A DNA stretch of 64,000 bases, from assembly GCA_942490805.1 (NCBI GenBank), contig CALNYU010000008.1, positions 192,451 through 256,450 of the forward strand, read 5' to 3'. The notes below the pieces were generated by a model. It saw nothing but the letters and a program-made list of their open reading frames with translations, did not search any database and had not been told where the DNA came from. This DNA comes from an uncultured Alphaproteobacteria bacterium (lineage in GTDB: Bacteria; Pseudomonadota; Alphaproteobacteria; Rhodobacterales; Rhodobacteraceae). A program made the position numbers and the translations under genes. How positions within the stretch are numbered: position 1 is the stretch's first letter; each line of letters starts with the position of its first letter. Below, piece by piece: positions 62,496 through 64,000 of the stretch.

Positions 62496-62510
62496 TTGAG
62501 GTGGGATCAC

Positions 62511-63110
62511 ATGGCAACGAAAACGGAAATCCGGCGGCAGGAACTACGGGACAAGTTGATCGTGATCGCCGAAAGGACCATCGCACACAAAGGTCTCAGC
62601 GCCCTGCGCGCCCGTGATCTGGCTGCTGAGGCGGGATGCGCTGTTGGGGCCATTTATAACGTCTTTGGCGACCTGACCGATCTGACCCTTGCGGTGAACG
62701 CCCGAACCTTTCACCGCCTGGGCGCGGATGTGGCCGAAGCCTTGGCAGACGCCCCCGAAGACCCCGTCGAGCAATTGGTCGTCATGGCGCAGGCCTATCA
62801 CCACTTTGCCGCTGCCAACCATCTTAGCTGGCGCGCGCTTTTTGATGTGGAACGCCCCGCTGGCGAAGCTGCCCCCGATTGGTACCTTGCCGAGATGGGC
62901 CAACTCTTCACCTATATTTCTGATCCGTTGGCGGTCATCTTCCCTGATCGTGCCGCCGATGAACTCGCTCTTTTGACGCGTGCGCTCTTCTCTTCTGTCC
63001 ATGGGATCGTACTTTTGGGGCTCGATGAAGCCAGTGCCGGGGTGTCGACCGACAATATCGACCACATGATCGCTCTTGTTTTAAGGCAATTCACGGCCTC
63101 CCAAAAATAA
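62511..63110 (+). CDS. TetR/AcrR family regulator (WHG-type C-terminus)
   Basis: ARDLAAEAGCAVGAIYNVF HTH; SSVHG. Confidence 0.9.
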   Translation: MATKTEIRRQELRDKLIVIAERTIAHKGLSALRARDLAAEAGCAVGAIYNVFGDLTDLTLAVNARTFHRLGADVAEALADAPEDPVEQLVVMAQAYHHFAAANHLSWRALFDVERPAGEAAPDWYLAEMGQLFTYISDPLAVIFPDRAADELALLTRALFSSVHGIVLLGLDEASAGVSTDNIDHMIALVLRQFTASQK

Positions 63111-63112
63111 AT

Positions 63113-63125
63113 TGAACATTGTTCA
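63113..63125. promoter_or_regulatory. Putative TetR operator 2
   Basis: TGAAC-ATT-GTTCA. Confidence 0.65.
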
Positions 63126-63170
63126 TATTTTTCCTTGATCTCGGGAGGCGGTTTCGCTAACTCTATTTTA

Positions 63171-63183
63171 TGAACAATGTTCA
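63171..63183. promoter_or_regulatory. Putative TetR operator 3
   Basis: TGAAC-AAT-GTTCA. Confidence 0.65.
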
Positions 63184-63209
63184 CACACTGAAATGAAACG
63201 GAGAGACCG

Positions 63210-63890
63210 ATGTTCAAAACACTTGCCACGCTCATCAACGGGCAAAACGCCCGCGCCGAGGATCGCGTCCGTGATGCCTTTGCGATTGAATTGATCGACC
63301 AGAAAATCCGCGAATCCGAAAGCAGCCTGCGCGCCGCCAAAGCCACGCTCGCCAGCCTGATCCAGCGTCAGCGCTCTGAGGAAAAGCAACACGCAGGCCT
63401 GAAAAACCGGATCGCGGACCTGACGAAACGCGCCAAAGAGGCGCTGGACAACGACCGCGAAGACATGGCCGCCGAGGCCGCCCGCGCGATTGCCAATATG
63501 GAAAACGAACTGGCCGTCCGCAGCGAAACCCTCGACCGTCTCGATCAAAAGGTGGTCCGCCTGCGTGCCTCAATCGAAAGCGGACACCGCCGGATCATCG
63601 ACCTCAAACAAGGGGCCATTCAGGCCCGCGCTGTGCGCCGCGAACAGAATATCCAGATGCAGATGACGAAAACCGGCGTGCAACACGGCAGCGTCGAAGA
63701 AGCCGAAGAACTGATCGCGCGTGTCCTGGGCCGCGATGATCCTTTCGAGCGCAGCGAAATTCTGGCGGACATCAACCGCGATCTTGAAGGCGGCAACCTG
63801 ACCGACCGCATGGCCGACGCAGGCTTCGGCAGCGCCACCCGCGCCACGGCAGATGATGTTCTGGCACGCCTGAAATCATCCAAGAAATAA
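63210..63890 (+). CDS. PspA/IM30 family protein
   Basis: Amphipathic N-terminus, long coiled coil LIDQKIRE..AKEAL..REDMA, C-terminal VLARLK. Confidence 0.82.
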   Translation: MFKTLATLINGQNARAEDRVRDAFAIELIDQKIRESESSLRAAKATLASLIQRQRSEEKQHAGLKNRIADLTKRAKEALDNDREDMAAEAARAIANMENELAVRSETLDRLDQKVVRLRASIESGHRRIIDLKQGAIQARAVRREQNIQMQMTKTGVQHGSVEEAEELIARVLGRDDPFERSEILADINRDLEGGNLTDRMADAGFGSATRATADDVLARLKSSKK

Positions 63891-63929
63891 CCCCACACCA
63901 CAATTTCCCATCAAGAAAGGTAAATTCAA

Positions 63930-64000
63930 ATGCTTAAGAACAACTCGGACAACGGCCTGATCATGACAGTCAACCTGCTTGGCGTGGTCATCGCCTATGC
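63930..64000 (+). CDS. Membrane protein, 3' truncated (possibly YiaA/YiaB-like)
   Basis: AAGG RBS, MLKNNSDNGLIMTVNLLGVVIAY; identity inferred from position after PspA. Confidence 0.45.
   Translation, partial: MLKNNSDNGLIMTVNLLGVVIAY

Noticed and set aside
63113..63183. TGAAC-N3-GTTCA as LexA boxes
   Set aside because: The alphaproteobacterial LexA box is a direct repeat (GTTC-N7-GTTC) and the Gram-positive box has N4 spacing; adjacency favours the TetR.

Overview
Chromosomal window from a marine Rhodobacteraceae (Roseobacter group, Yoonia/Loktanella-like gene content; taxon is inferred). It is mostly core genes: metG, ychF, trpA/B/F, rplY-pth, ihfB-rpsA-cmk-aroA, trmB-metK-lnt-corC-ybeY-phoH-miaB and irr-fabA-fabB-fabI. 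Accessory modules are an ECF sigma/EF-hand cluster, a carnitine catabolic operon, a nonulosonic-acid/capsule cluster, a LexA-boxed radical-SAM/DUF4130 pair, a poly-Asp exported protein with a membrane LuxR, and TetR-PspA. The most notable signal is an intact REP-associated tyrosine transposase (RAYT/TnpA-REP) homolog that has lost both the first HUH histidine and the catalytic tyrosine. It sits beside one of six 26-bp palindromic REP copies that show compensatory base changes, which suggests a domesticated, non-catalytic REP-binding protein. Also present are a SAM/SAH riboswitch before metK, two perfect FNR boxes and three TetR-type operators. Several single-base frameshifts, including in rpsA and fabI, look like assembly errors. 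No rRNA, tRNA or CRISPR array was seen.
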